From Candidatus Omnitrophota bacterium (GTDB lineage: Bacteria; Omnitrophota; Gorgyraeia; Gygaellales; Profunditerraquicolaceae), in NCBI GenBank assembly GCA_041308845.1, contig JBFZAT010000022.1, forward strand, positions 2,701 to 66,700: 64,000 nt of DNA. Reading direction: 5' to 3'. Position numbers and translations under genes: made by a program. The notes below the pieces were generated by a model. That model was not told where the DNA came from. It saw only the letters and a list, made by a program, of their open reading frames with translations, and made no database searches. How positions within the stretch are numbered: position 1 is the first letter of the stretch; each line of letters begins with the position of its first letter. Below, piece after piece: positions 29,087-39,362 of the stretch.

Positions 29087-29859
29087 ATTATAAGATCCGT
29101 TTAGATATGTTTGAAGGGCCTTTAGATCTTTTATTGTATTTAGTTAAGAAAGACCACCTTAATATTTATGATATTCCGATTGCTCAGGTTACTCAACAGT
29201 ACCTGGAATATATTAATTTGATGCAACTGCTAGATCTAAATATCGTGGGGGAGTTTTTGGTGATGGCGGCTACGCTGATGCAGATAAAATCTAAGATGCT
29301 GCTCCCGGCTGAAGAATTGAGCGCTACAGAGCAAGACCAGGAGGATCCGCGGGCAGAATTAGTAAAAAGGCTGCTGGAATATGAAAAGTTTAAACAAATC
29401 GCTGAAAATTTGAAACAAAGGGAGATTAGCCAGCAAGAAGTCTTTAAGCGGCCTAAAAGCGAAGTGGCGGCGGATAATAAGGCTGTTGATGCGCCGGAGG
29501 ATAAATATTTCGAAGCGAGTATTTTTGATTTGATCGACGCTTTTTCGCGGGCGATTAAAGATATTCCCCGTGAAGTTTTTTATGAGGTGATTAAAGATCA
29601 ATATACAGTAGAGCAGAAAGTGCATGATATTTTGCACTTATTGCTGGTGCAGACAGAAATTAAACTTTCGGAATTGTTCGCCAAAACCAAGAGTAAGATG
29701 GAGATTATTGTAATCTTCTTAGCGATTTTGGAGCTAGCTAAAATGAAAGAAATTACTGCCCGTCAGAATATCGAATTCGAAGATATAATCATAACTAGAA
29801 ACAAAGAAAATATTATCCCCTATGAGCGAAGAGACCAGGCAAACACTGCTGAAAGCTAA
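29083..29859 (+). CDS. scpA: segregation and condensation protein A
   Basis: The ScpA N-terminus FEGPLDLLLYLVKKDHLNIYDIPIAQVTQQYLEY is present. The product is 258 aa. Confidence 0.8.
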   Translation: MNYKIRLDMFEGPLDLLLYLVKKDHLNIYDIPIAQVTQQYLEYINLMQLLDLNIVGEFLVMAATLMQIKSKMLLPAEELSATEQDQEDPRAELVKRLLEYEKFKQIAENLKQREISQQEVFKRPKSEVAADNKAVDAPEDKYFEASIFDLIDAFSRAIKDIPREVFYEVIKDQYTVEQKVHDILHLLLVQTEIKLSELFAKTKSKMEIIVIFLAILELAKMKEITARQNIEFEDIIITRNKENIIPYERRDQANTAES

Positions 29860-30874
29860 TTCTATTATCAGCGATCTTAAGGAATCCGAAGAGGATATCG
29901 TTTTAAATATATCCTTAAGGCCTAAGAAATTCGATGAGTTTGTCGGGCATCAGGAGATTGTTGATAACTTAAATATTGCTATTCAGGCCGCCCGGCAGAG
30001 AAAAGAGCCTTTAGAGCATGTGCTTTTAAGCGGACCTCCGGGGTTGGGCAAAACTTCTTTATCGCATATCATTGCCCATGAGATGGGAGCTAAAATTACT
30101 GCGACCAGCGGACCGGCAATTGAACGGGCTGGAGATCTGATTGGTATCCTGACTAATCTGGAAGCTGGGGATATTCTGTTTATTGATGAGATTCACCGGA
30201 TGTCTAAGGTGGTGGAGGAGTTTTTGTATCCGGCCATGGAAAGTTTTCAGATTGATTTTGTGATTGATAAGGGGCCATATGCTAAAACCATTAAGTTCAA
30301 CCTTAAGCCGTTTACCTTGATTGGTGCCACTACGCGCACCGGGTTGCTGGCGGCTCCGCTACGAGGCAGGTTTGGCATATTCTACAGTTTGGATTTTTAC
30401 AAAATAGAAGACTTGGCTAAAATTATAAAAAATTCTAGCCAATTGTTATCGGTTAAAATCGATGATGCGGCAACCCTAGAGATCGCTAAACGCGCCCGGG
30501 GAACACCGCGCATTGCTAATCGGCTGCTGCGGCGAATCAGAGACTATGCGCAGGTTTTGAAGATTCAGAGGGTCGATCCATCAGCTGCCTCAAGAATTCT
30601 TGACGAGCTGGGTATTGATCAGGCAGGTTTCGATGACTTAGACCGCAAGGTCTTGAAGTTGATTCTGGAGTCATTTGGAGGTGGTCCGGTAGGAATCGAA
30701 TCATTAGCCGCCAGCCTTAACGAAGAGGTGGATACGATTGAAGAGGCAGTCGAACCTTATCTTTTGATGGCTGGGTATTTAAAGCGTACCTCTCGCGGAC
30801 GGATTGCTACGCAAAAAGCTTTTACCCATTTTGGCTTGAAATTCAACCCAAAGCAGCAGGAAGAATTTTTTTAG
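29822..30874 (+). CDS. ruvB: Holliday junction branch migration ATPase RuvB
   Basis: The AAA+ Walker A GPPGLGKTSL, Walker B ILFIDEIHR and a winged-helix C-terminus are present. The gene overlaps the scpA end by 38 nt. Confidence 0.9.
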   Translation: MSEETRQTLLKANSIISDLKESEEDIVLNISLRPKKFDEFVGHQEIVDNLNIAIQAARQRKEPLEHVLLSGPPGLGKTSLSHIIAHEMGAKITATSGPAIERAGDLIGILTNLEAGDILFIDEIHRMSKVVEEFLYPAMESFQIDFVIDKGPYAKTIKFNLKPFTLIGATTRTGLLAAPLRGRFGIFYSLDFYKIEDLAKIIKNSSQLLSVKIDDAATLEIAKRARGTPRIANRLLRRIRDYAQVLKIQRVDPSAASRILDELGIDQAGFDDLDRKVLKLILESFGGGPVGIESLAASLNEEVDTIEEAVEPYLLMAGYLKRTSRGRIATQKAFTHFGLKFNPKQQEEFF

Positions 30875-30882
30875 AGGTTATA

Positions 30883-31452
30883 GTGATGAATATTTTACTG
30901 CACATCTGTTGTGCCCCCTGTTTAATCTATCCTTTTAGAAGATTAAAAGATCAGGGTTTTGATCTTCGAGGTCTTTATTATAACCCTAATCTTTACCCGG
31001 AGAGCGAATATTCTAAGCGGCAGATGGCTTTAAAGGTCTTAAGTGAAGAGTTCCTGCTAGAGGTTGATTATTTTGAATACCGGGACTCTGATTATCGGCA
31101 GGCGATTGGTATCTGGCTGGAAAAGGGGATGACAGCGCAACAGCGTTGCCTGGCTTGCTGGTCTTTGCGTTTAAGTCAAACTGCTCAGCAGGCTAAGCAG
31201 AATGGTTTCGGGGCCTTTAGCACAACTTTATTGGTCAGTCCGTATCAGAATCATGAGCGAGTTAAACAGCTTGGTTATCAAATCGGCCGTCAAACAGGCA
31301 TAAACTTTTATTATGAAGATTTTCGCGTCGGATTTAAAGCTGCGCAGCTGGAGGCTAAACAAAGAGGTATTTACCGTCAGAAATATTGCGGATGCCAATA
31401 TTCACTTTCCGAGAAAGAAGCAGTTTGCCTAACCCAGGACCTAGGATTATAA
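30883..31452 (+). CDS. queH: epoxyqueuosine reductase QueH (DUF208 family)
   Basis: The N-terminal LLHICCAPC motif and the C-terminal Cys pair (YCGCQYS) are present in a ~189-aa product. queA and tgt lie downstream. Confidence 0.7.
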   Translation: MMNILLHICCAPCLIYPFRRLKDQGFDLRGLYYNPNLYPESEYSKRQMALKVLSEEFLLEVDYFEYRDSDYRQAIGIWLEKGMTAQQRCLACWSLRLSQTAQQAKQNGFGAFSTTLLVSPYQNHERVKQLGYQIGRQTGINFYYEDFRVGFKAAQLEAKQRGIYRQKYCGCQYSLSEKEAVCLTQDLGL

Positions 31453-31462
31453 GAGAGGTAAA

Positions 31463-32641
31463 ATGAAGCTTAAAATAGCAGTTTTATTTTTATTCTTATG
31501 GTTAATTAGTCCAGCTAATAATTTTGCGGAAGAGCGGCCGGCCTCGGTAAAATTCCCGGGTGCCAGAGGCGTCTGGGTATCGGTGTTTTCCGAAAAAAAA
31601 CCGCTTTATTCTGAGCAGGGCGTGCGGAACTTAATTGCCCAATGTAATAAAGCCAAGATTAATGAAATTTATTTACAGGTTTTCCAATCCGGCAATGCCT
31701 ATTATGATTCCAAGATTTGCGATAAAACCAAATACGACCAGCTGGTTGCCGCCGCCGGGCTGGATACTTTGGATCTTTTGCTTAGGGAAGCCGGAGAGAA
31801 TAATATTAAAGTTTTTGCCTGGGTGAATATTTTAGGATTAGGCAAAAATGATAAAGCTGATATTTTAAACAAATACGGCAACTCCATAATCACCCGAGAT
31901 CAGCATCAAAGGCCGTCTAAGATTTCTACGAGTACTGAATTAGATAAATATTATTTAAGAGAAGATATGATTTTTTTAGAGCCGGGTGACCCCAAGGTGG
32001 AAACCTATATGCTGACTATTATTAATGAAATTATTAATCGTTATCCGTTATTTAGCGGGATACATTTGGATTATATACGTTATCCATCTCCGGTCCCGTT
32101 TATTCCGGGTTCCCGGTTTAATAAGGTGGGCCTAACCTATGGTTACGGACCGGCGAATGTCGAGCGTTTTAGAGAAAAAACCGGAATCAATGTTCTGGTT
32201 ACGCTGAATAACGAAGAAGAACATCTGGCCTGGGATAATTGGAAGCGTCAGCAGGTTACGGATTTAGTGCGTAAGATCTCCGGGTTAGTAAAAGTTAAAT
32301 CTCCTGGCTTATTGGTTTCTTGCGCGGTTATTCCGGTTATCGAGCGCGCATATAATAACGCTTTTCAAGACTGGTCGGCCTGGCTGGAAGAGGGGGCGGT
32401 TGATTACGTAGTCTTGATGTCTTATACTAAGGACAATCAGTTTATTAAAGAAACGGTTAAGAGCAGCCTGGGTCATCGCAGCCAGGGTAAAATTTATGTG
32501 GGTATTGGGGCATTCTTGATGAAGCAAAACCCAGATCTGTTTTTTAATCAATTCCGCCTGCTTACTGCTCTGGCTGTGGATGGGATCGTTATTTATTCTA
32601 TTGACGAATTAAACGAGCAAATTACTGGCTACCTGAATTAA
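31463..32641 (+). CDS. secreted glycoside-hydrolase-like family 10 (GHL10, TIM-barrel) protein
   Basis: Signal peptide; GVWVSVF...INEIYLQVF...GIHLDYIRYP resemble the GHL10/YngK-like family. Family assignment from memory only. Confidence 0.45.
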   Translation: MKLKIAVLFLFLWLISPANNFAEERPASVKFPGARGVWVSVFSEKKPLYSEQGVRNLIAQCNKAKINEIYLQVFQSGNAYYDSKICDKTKYDQLVAAAGLDTLDLLLREAGENNIKVFAWVNILGLGKNDKADILNKYGNSIITRDQHQRPSKISTSTELDKYYLREDMIFLEPGDPKVETYMLTIINEIINRYPLFSGIHLDYIRYPSPVPFIPGSRFNKVGLTYGYGPANVERFREKTGINVLVTLNNEEEHLAWDNWKRQQVTDLVRKISGLVKVKSPGLLVSCAVIPVIERAYNNAFQDWSAWLEEGAVDYVVLMSYTKDNQFIKETVKSSLGHRSQGKIYVGIGAFLMKQNPDLFFNQFRLLTALAVDGIVIYSIDELNEQITGYLN

Positions 32642-32646
32642 ACCTA

Positions 32647-32685
32647 AGGACAGCGGTTATTTATTTAAGGGATAGCTGCTGTCCT
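32647..32685 (+). terminator. candidate intrinsic terminator hairpin after the GHL10-like gene
   Basis: The inverted repeat AGGACAGCGG...CTGCTGTCCT (an 8-10 bp stem) lies just after the stop at 32641, followed by an A/T-rich run (GAATTATTTATT). The T-tract is interrupted. Confidence 0.3.
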
Positions 32686-32701
32686 GAATTATTTATTCCC
32701 A

Positions 32702-33694
32702 ATGTTAAAACTTACGGAATTTGATTACCCGCTGCCTGCAGAATTAATTGCTCAGTATCCTTTGGAAAACCGAGCTGCAGCTAAGCTTTTGATTGTAGAC
32801 CGGAAAACCGGAAATTTAAGCCACCAGGTTTTTCAAGATTTACCCGGTTTTTTAAAAAAACATGATTTATTGGTATTGAATGACACTAAGGTTGTGCATT
32901 GCCGTTTAATGGGTAAGAAAGTTACCGGTGGGCGGGTTGAGATTTTACTCACTCGCCGGCTTAACGGTACGACTTTCTCTTGCTTGGTTCAGCCTAGTCG
33001 CACTAAAGTCGGAGAAAAGATTATTTTCGCCTCCGGCCAGATCAGCGGCATAATTAGTGGGCGGGGGCAAATTAGTTTTCAGCAGGCGCAAGCCGATGAA
33101 ATTTATAATTTTGGCATTGTTCCCTTGCCGCCTTATATAAAACGTACTCCGGAGGATCTGGATAAAGTTTATTACCAAACGGTTTATGCTAAGCATGAAG
33201 GGGCTCTGGCTTCTCCTACTGCGGGGTTACATTTTACCCTGGAATCACTGGAGCAGATCAAAGGGAGGGGGATTAATTTGGCTTATTTAACCCTGCATGT
33301 GGGGTTGGGTACTTTCCGCCCGGTAAAATGCGAAAATATTACTGAGCATAAAATGGATCCGGAATATTTCTCGGTGCCCGATGAAACGGTAATGGCTTTG
33401 GCTGAAGCCAAACAAGAAAACAGTCGGGTGATCGCGGTGGGCACTACCAGCCTGAGAGCATTAGAGACTTATGCCGCCGCAGGTAAACAAGGGCACACGA
33501 ATTTATTCATTTATCCGGGATATAAATTTAGATCGGTAGACTGTTTACTTACTAATTTTCATCTGCCGATGACTACGCTTTTTATGTTAGTCTGTGCTTT
33601 CGCAGGGACAACGCTGATGAAGAAAGCATATCAAGAGGCAGTGGGTAAGCAATATAGATTTTACAGCTATGGCGATGCGATGTTGATTATTTAG
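32702..33694 (+). CDS. queA: S-adenosylmethionine:tRNA ribosyltransferase-isomerase
   Basis: The N-terminus LTEFDYPLPAELIAQYPLENRAAAKLLIVDRKTG is present in a 330-aa product. Confidence 0.9.
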   Translation: MLKLTEFDYPLPAELIAQYPLENRAAAKLLIVDRKTGNLSHQVFQDLPGFLKKHDLLVLNDTKVVHCRLMGKKVTGGRVEILLTRRLNGTTFSCLVQPSRTKVGEKIIFASGQISGIISGRGQISFQQAQADEIYNFGIVPLPPYIKRTPEDLDKVYYQTVYAKHEGALASPTAGLHFTLESLEQIKGRGINLAYLTLHVGLGTFRPVKCENITEHKMDPEYFSVPDETVMALAEAKQENSRVIAVGTTSLRALETYAAAGKQGHTNLFIYPGYKFRSVDCLLTNFHLPMTTLFMLVCAFAGTTLMKKAYQEAVGKQYRFYSYGDAMLII

Positions 33695-35511
<1,817 letters not shown>

Positions 35512-35513
35512 TA

Positions 35514-35870
35514 ATGGATATTAAATCAATCGAAGCAGGTTTTACTAAAAAAGAAATGCCAGCGGTTAATGTTGGAGATACAGTTAAGGTGTTGACCAGG
35601 ATTCCGGAGGGGCCGGATAAATTCCGCCTGCATCCATTTGAGGGTGTAGTAATTGCTAAAACCGGTTCGGGCACTAAACTTAATTTTACCGTTAGAAAAG
35701 TTTCTTCTGGAGAAGGGGTGGAGCGGGTATTCCCGCTTTATTCACCGGTAATTGAGCGTATCGAGATTATCCGTTTGGGTAAGGTTAAAAGAGCTAAGCT
35801 TTATTACTTAAGAGAGAAAATCGGCAAGCATGCCACTAAGATTGAAAGTAAAGAAGAAAAGACCAGCTAG
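35514..35870 (+). CDS. rplS: 50S ribosomal protein L19
   Basis: A 118-aa product with PAVNVGDTVKV...RVQPFEG-type motifs lies directly after trmD, the conserved order. Confidence 0.9.
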   Translation: MDIKSIEAGFTKKEMPAVNVGDTVKVLTRIPEGPDKFRLHPFEGVVIAKTGSGTKLNFTVRKVSSGEGVERVFPLYSPVIERIEIIRLGKVKRAKLYYLREKIGKHATKIESKEEKTS

Positions 35871-36484
35871 TGCTCGTACACGAAAGAAAGTTAAGATTAA
35901 AAGGTTATGATTTTATTATCGGCGTAGATGAAGCTGGCCGTGGACCGTTAGCTGGTCCAGTAGTTGCGGCGGCAGTCTGGTTAAAGAATTTTAAATTTAT
36001 CCATCGGGTTGATGATTCTAAAAAATTAACTCCGGCAAAAAGAGAAGATGCATTTCTGGAAATCGCGCATAAATCCTTATACGCCACTGCCGCAGTTAAT
36101 CATCTTATAATCGACCGGATTAATATTCTGCAGGCAACGATTTTAGCTATGCAAATAGCTATTGAGCGTTTGGTTAAACAGTTAAACCCGCAGGATCTTA
36201 AACGGGCATTTGTGCTTATCGACGGTAATTTACATTTGAAGCTAAATCTGCCTTACCAGAGTATTGTGGGTGGAGATGCCAAATCATTAAGTATTGCCGC
36301 CGCTTCTATCGTGGCTAAAGTGCACCGGGACCGGATTATGGCCGCTTATCATAAAATCTATCCGCAATACGAATTTATTAAGCACAAAGGTTATCCTACG
36401 TATTTGCACCGTAAGATCCTACGGGAGAAAGGTCCACTGTTTATCCATAGAAAGAGTTTTTTAAGGTGCGTTCAGCTAAATTAG
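35870..36484 (+). CDS. rnhB: ribonuclease HII
   Basis: [25 protein letters not shown] and the C-terminal KGYPT motifs are present. It has a GTG start. Confidence 0.85.
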   Translation: MLVHERKLRLKGYDFIIGVDEAGRGPLAGPVVAAAVWLKNFKFIHRVDDSKKLTPAKREDAFLEIAHKSLYATAAVNHLIIDRINILQATILAMQIAIERLVKQLNPQDLKRAFVLIDGNLHLKLNLPYQSIVGGDAKSLSIAAASIVAKVHRDRIMAAYHKIYPQYEFIKHKGYPTYLHRKILREKGPLFIHRKSFLRCVQLN

Positions 36485-36846
36485 AATTCGGGAAAACTGC
36501 GGAAAACGCAGCGGTTAAATTCTTAAAAACCAAGGGTTATGAAATAATCGTTTGTAACTACAGAAATAAATTTGGTGAGATTGATATAATCGCTCGTCAG
36601 TCAGGGGTGATTTGTTTTATTGAAGTTAAGGCTAGGCATTCGTCATATCTGGGGATGCCTCAGGAAGCAGTGGGGATAGCTAAACAAAGGCAGATGAGTA
36701 AAGTGGCGGTTAATTATTTAAGAGAACGCCATTTCTTAGGCCAGGCAGCGCGCTTTGATGTGGTAGCCTTATTGTATGCGGACAGGGAACCGGAAATATC
36801 TTTGATCACGGATGCCTTTGAATTAGATACTAAATTTACGGTTTAA
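36466..36846 (+). CDS. YraN-family (UPF0102) endonuclease
   Basis: [21 protein letters not shown] and the DVVAL motif are present in a 126-aa product in the conserved position after rnhB. Confidence 0.75.
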   Translation: MRSAKLEFGKTAENAAVKFLKTKGYEIIVCNYRNKFGEIDIIARQSGVICFIEVKARHSSYLGMPQEAVGIAKQRQMSKVAVNYLRERHFLGQAARFDVVALLYADREPEISLITDAFELDTKFTV

Positions 36847-36849
36847 ATT

Positions 36850-37413
36850 ATGCAGTATAAAAATCAAAGTTTGACTAAATATTTGGATGATTTAGCGGCT
36901 AGGCTTCCGGCCCCTGGCGGAGGTTCGGCAGCGGCGCTCAATGCGGCGCTAGCGGCTAGCTTGATCAGTATGGTGGTTAATTTTTCTTTGGGTAAACCCC
37001 GCTATGCACGATTTCAGAAAGAATTGCGGGCGATATTTATTAAATCCGAAAGATTAAGAAAGCAATTTCTAGTTTTAGTGGATTTGGATGTTCTAGCTTA
37101 TCAGAGTAACCGTATCCTCCGGCAGCTGGCGGTCCCGCTTAGGTTAGCTGGTCTTTGTTGCCAGGCGGCTCAGCTCTGTCCGTCTTTGATTAAGAAAGGG
37201 AATATTAATTTAATCAGCGATGTAGCGGTAGCGGCGGTTTTATTGGATTCGGCTTTCGTTTCCGCCTATTTTAATGTCGAGATTAATTTAAAAAACTTAG
37301 GTCAGCCTAAAACTACCCAAAAAACTAGGAGAGAAATGAAGCGCATGTATAAAATCGTATGCAAGATTCGTAAAAATACGGAGGCAGCCGTTGGCAAAAT
37401 TATTAGAGGGTAA
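36850..37413 (+). CDS. cyclodeaminase/cyclohydrolase-family protein (methenyl-THF cyclohydrolase FchA / FTCD C-domain-like)
   Basis: The N-terminal LTKYLDDLAARLPAPGGGSAAALNAALAASL motif characteristic of the family is present. The gene lies directly upstream of folD. Confidence 0.7.
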   Translation: MQYKNQSLTKYLDDLAARLPAPGGGSAAALNAALAASLISMVVNFSLGKPRYARFQKELRAIFIKSERLRKQFLVLVDLDVLAYQSNRILRQLAVPLRLAGLCCQAAQLCPSLIKKGNINLISDVAVAAVLLDSAFVSAYFNVEINLKNLGQPKTTQKTRREMKRMYKIVCKIRKNTEAAVGKIIRG

Positions 37414-38245
37414 AGTTGTCGCGGATCGAATTCAAGAACAGTTAAAAATTAAGGTGCTGAGTTTAAAACATGTTCCGGTCTTAGCCAGCATTGTGGTGGG
37501 GGATAATCCTGGCGCGGTAGCTTATGTGAAAACTCAGGCTAGAATTGCCGCAAGCTTAGGGATTGATTATGCGCTCCATGCGTTGGCCGGCAGTATTGGC
37601 GAAGATAAGTTGATTGATTTTATACTCAAACTTAATGCCGATACTGCGGTAAATGGTATTATTTTGCAATTGCCTCTACCGCAAAATATTGATTATAGAA
37701 AAGTTTGTGAGTTTATCCAGCCGAATAAAGATGTCGAGGGTATGCATCCGATGAATATCGGTAAAGTCCTTTTTGGTCGGGCTAAGGTTACTGCTTGTAC
37801 TGCTAATGCGGTAATGGAGTTATTGCATTCTACCAATGTAGATCTGTATGGTAAAGAAGTGGTGATTGTCGGGCACAGTGAAATTGTGGGTAAGCCTCTG
37901 GCGATGTTATTATTAGAAAAATTAGCCACGGTTACTGTTTGTCATGTTGCTACTAGTCAGGTCGGTAAACTGCAGGAGCATGTGCAAAGGGCAGAAGTTT
38001 TGATTGTAGCGGCCGGTCAACCCGGCTTGATCAAAGGTGAGTGGATAAAGATGGGCGCGATTGTTGTAGATGTAGGTATTAACTGTTTGAATGATAAAGT
38101 CGTAGGTGATGTGGAGTTTGATACTGCTAAGCAACGCGCCTCTTATATCACTCCGGTGCCCGGAGGAGTGGGGCCGGTCACCGTGTCGATTTTAATGCGT
38201 AATTTGGTGGAAACTGCGCAAGTACAGCAGCAAAGTTTTCTTTAA
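37391..38245 (+). CDS. folD: bifunctional 5,10-methylene-THF dehydrogenase / methenyl-THF cyclohydrolase
   Basis: AKLLEGKVVADRIQ, PGLAVILVGDNPAS-like SIVVGDNPGAVAYV, and VPGGVGPVTV at the C-terminus. It has a TTG start overlapping the upstream gene. Confidence 0.9.
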   Translation: MAKLLEGKVVADRIQEQLKIKVLSLKHVPVLASIVVGDNPGAVAYVKTQARIAASLGIDYALHALAGSIGEDKLIDFILKLNADTAVNGIILQLPLPQNIDYRKVCEFIQPNKDVEGMHPMNIGKVLFGRAKVTACTANAVMELLHSTNVDLYGKEVVIVGHSEIVGKPLAMLLLEKLATVTVCHVATSQVGKLQEHVQRAEVLIVAAGQPGLIKGEWIKMGAIVVDVGINCLNDKVVGDVEFDTAKQRASYITPVPGGVGPVTVSILMRNLVETAQVQQQSFL

Positions 38246-38455
38246 TCTTTTTTACTTCTAGCTTCCCATCGCGCTATCCGTTTATTTAGGTGTATGCGGA
38301 TTGATCCGGGTTATTTATTTAAAAGGCGCCAGACTTAAAGATAGGTATTTCTGTGCCGGGATAAATTCCTTCCCGGTAATCACCAGGCTGTAAGAATGAA
38401 GTTTTGACGGGGGCAGGAAATTCTGAATAAGCTTAGGCAGGTAATAACTTAAAAA

Positions 38456-39325
38456 ATGACTTTTAAAGAAAAGATACGCACTGGGAAATTTCTGCTTACT
38501 TCTGAAGTCGGTCCGGAAAAAGGGATCCATGCGGATAGGTTGTTGAAAGACGCTGAACTGATCCGTAATAAAGTAGATGCGATCAATGTTACGGATTTAC
38601 AGAGTTCGGTAATGCGTTTAGGGTCTTTAACGGTTAGTTTTCTGCTGAAGCAGAATGGTTTTGAGCCTATTTACCAGTTAACCTGCCGTGATCGTAACCG
38701 CCTGGCTCTGCAATCAGATTTGCTTTCCGCGGCTGCTTTAGGAATTCAGAATGTCCTGATTGCTACCGGGGATCATCCGAGTTTAGGTGATCATCCCCAG
38801 GCCAAGCCGGTTTTTGATTTAGATTCCGTACAGTTGATTCAGGTGGTCAAAAAACTGCAAGCTGGTTTCGATATGCAAGGCCATCAGTTGGATGGCAAAG
38901 CTCCGGAATTTTGTATTGGGGCGGTAGTTAACCCCGGTGCAGATCCACTAGATCCGCAGATTATGAAAATGGATAAAAAAATTACTGCCGGAGCGGAATT
39001 TTTCCAAACCCAGGCGGTTTTTGATTTGAAAGTTTTCGAGTCTTTTATTGCCAAGATTAAGCATGTCAAGCTCCCGGTTATGGCAGGCATTATTTTGTTA
39101 AAATCCGCCGGGATGGCCCGTTTTATGAATAAACATGTTGCCGGTATTAATGTGCCGGAAGGTTTGATTCAAGAAATGCAGGATAGCCAGGATAAAGTGG
39201 CTACTTCCATAGAGATCGCCAGCCGTCTGATAAAACAGTTAAAACCTATGTGTCAGGGAATTCATATTATGTCGATTGGTTGGGAGAGGATTGTACCTCT
39301 GGTTTTAGAAGCCAGCGGATTATAA
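38456..39325 (+). CDS. metF: 5,10-methylenetetrahydrofolate reductase (small MetF type)
   Basis: KFLLTSEVGPEKG, NVTDLQSS and CRDRNRLALQSDLLSAAALG are present in the 289-aa TIM-barrel MTHFR family. Confidence 0.8.
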   Translation: MTFKEKIRTGKFLLTSEVGPEKGIHADRLLKDAELIRNKVDAINVTDLQSSVMRLGSLTVSFLLKQNGFEPIYQLTCRDRNRLALQSDLLSAAALGIQNVLIATGDHPSLGDHPQAKPVFDLDSVQLIQVVKKLQAGFDMQGHQLDGKAPEFCIGAVVNPGADPLDPQIMKMDKKITAGAEFFQTQAVFDLKVFESFIAKIKHVKLPVMAGIILLKSAGMARFMNKHVAGINVPEGLIQEMQDSQDKVATSIEIASRLIKQLKPMCQGIHIMSIGWERIVPLVLEASGL

Positions 39326-39362
39326 AAAAATGAATTTATTCGGATAGCGAGGATTATTTAAT

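Noticed and set aside
38246-38455. Possible ZTP (pfl), SAM or THF riboswitch upstream of metF
   Set aside because: I see CCGGG...CCAGGCTG fragments, but I cannot match the conserved pfl pseudoknot or any other riboswitch consensus by eye. I kept only a generic note that a leader is present. This needs a covariance-model scan.
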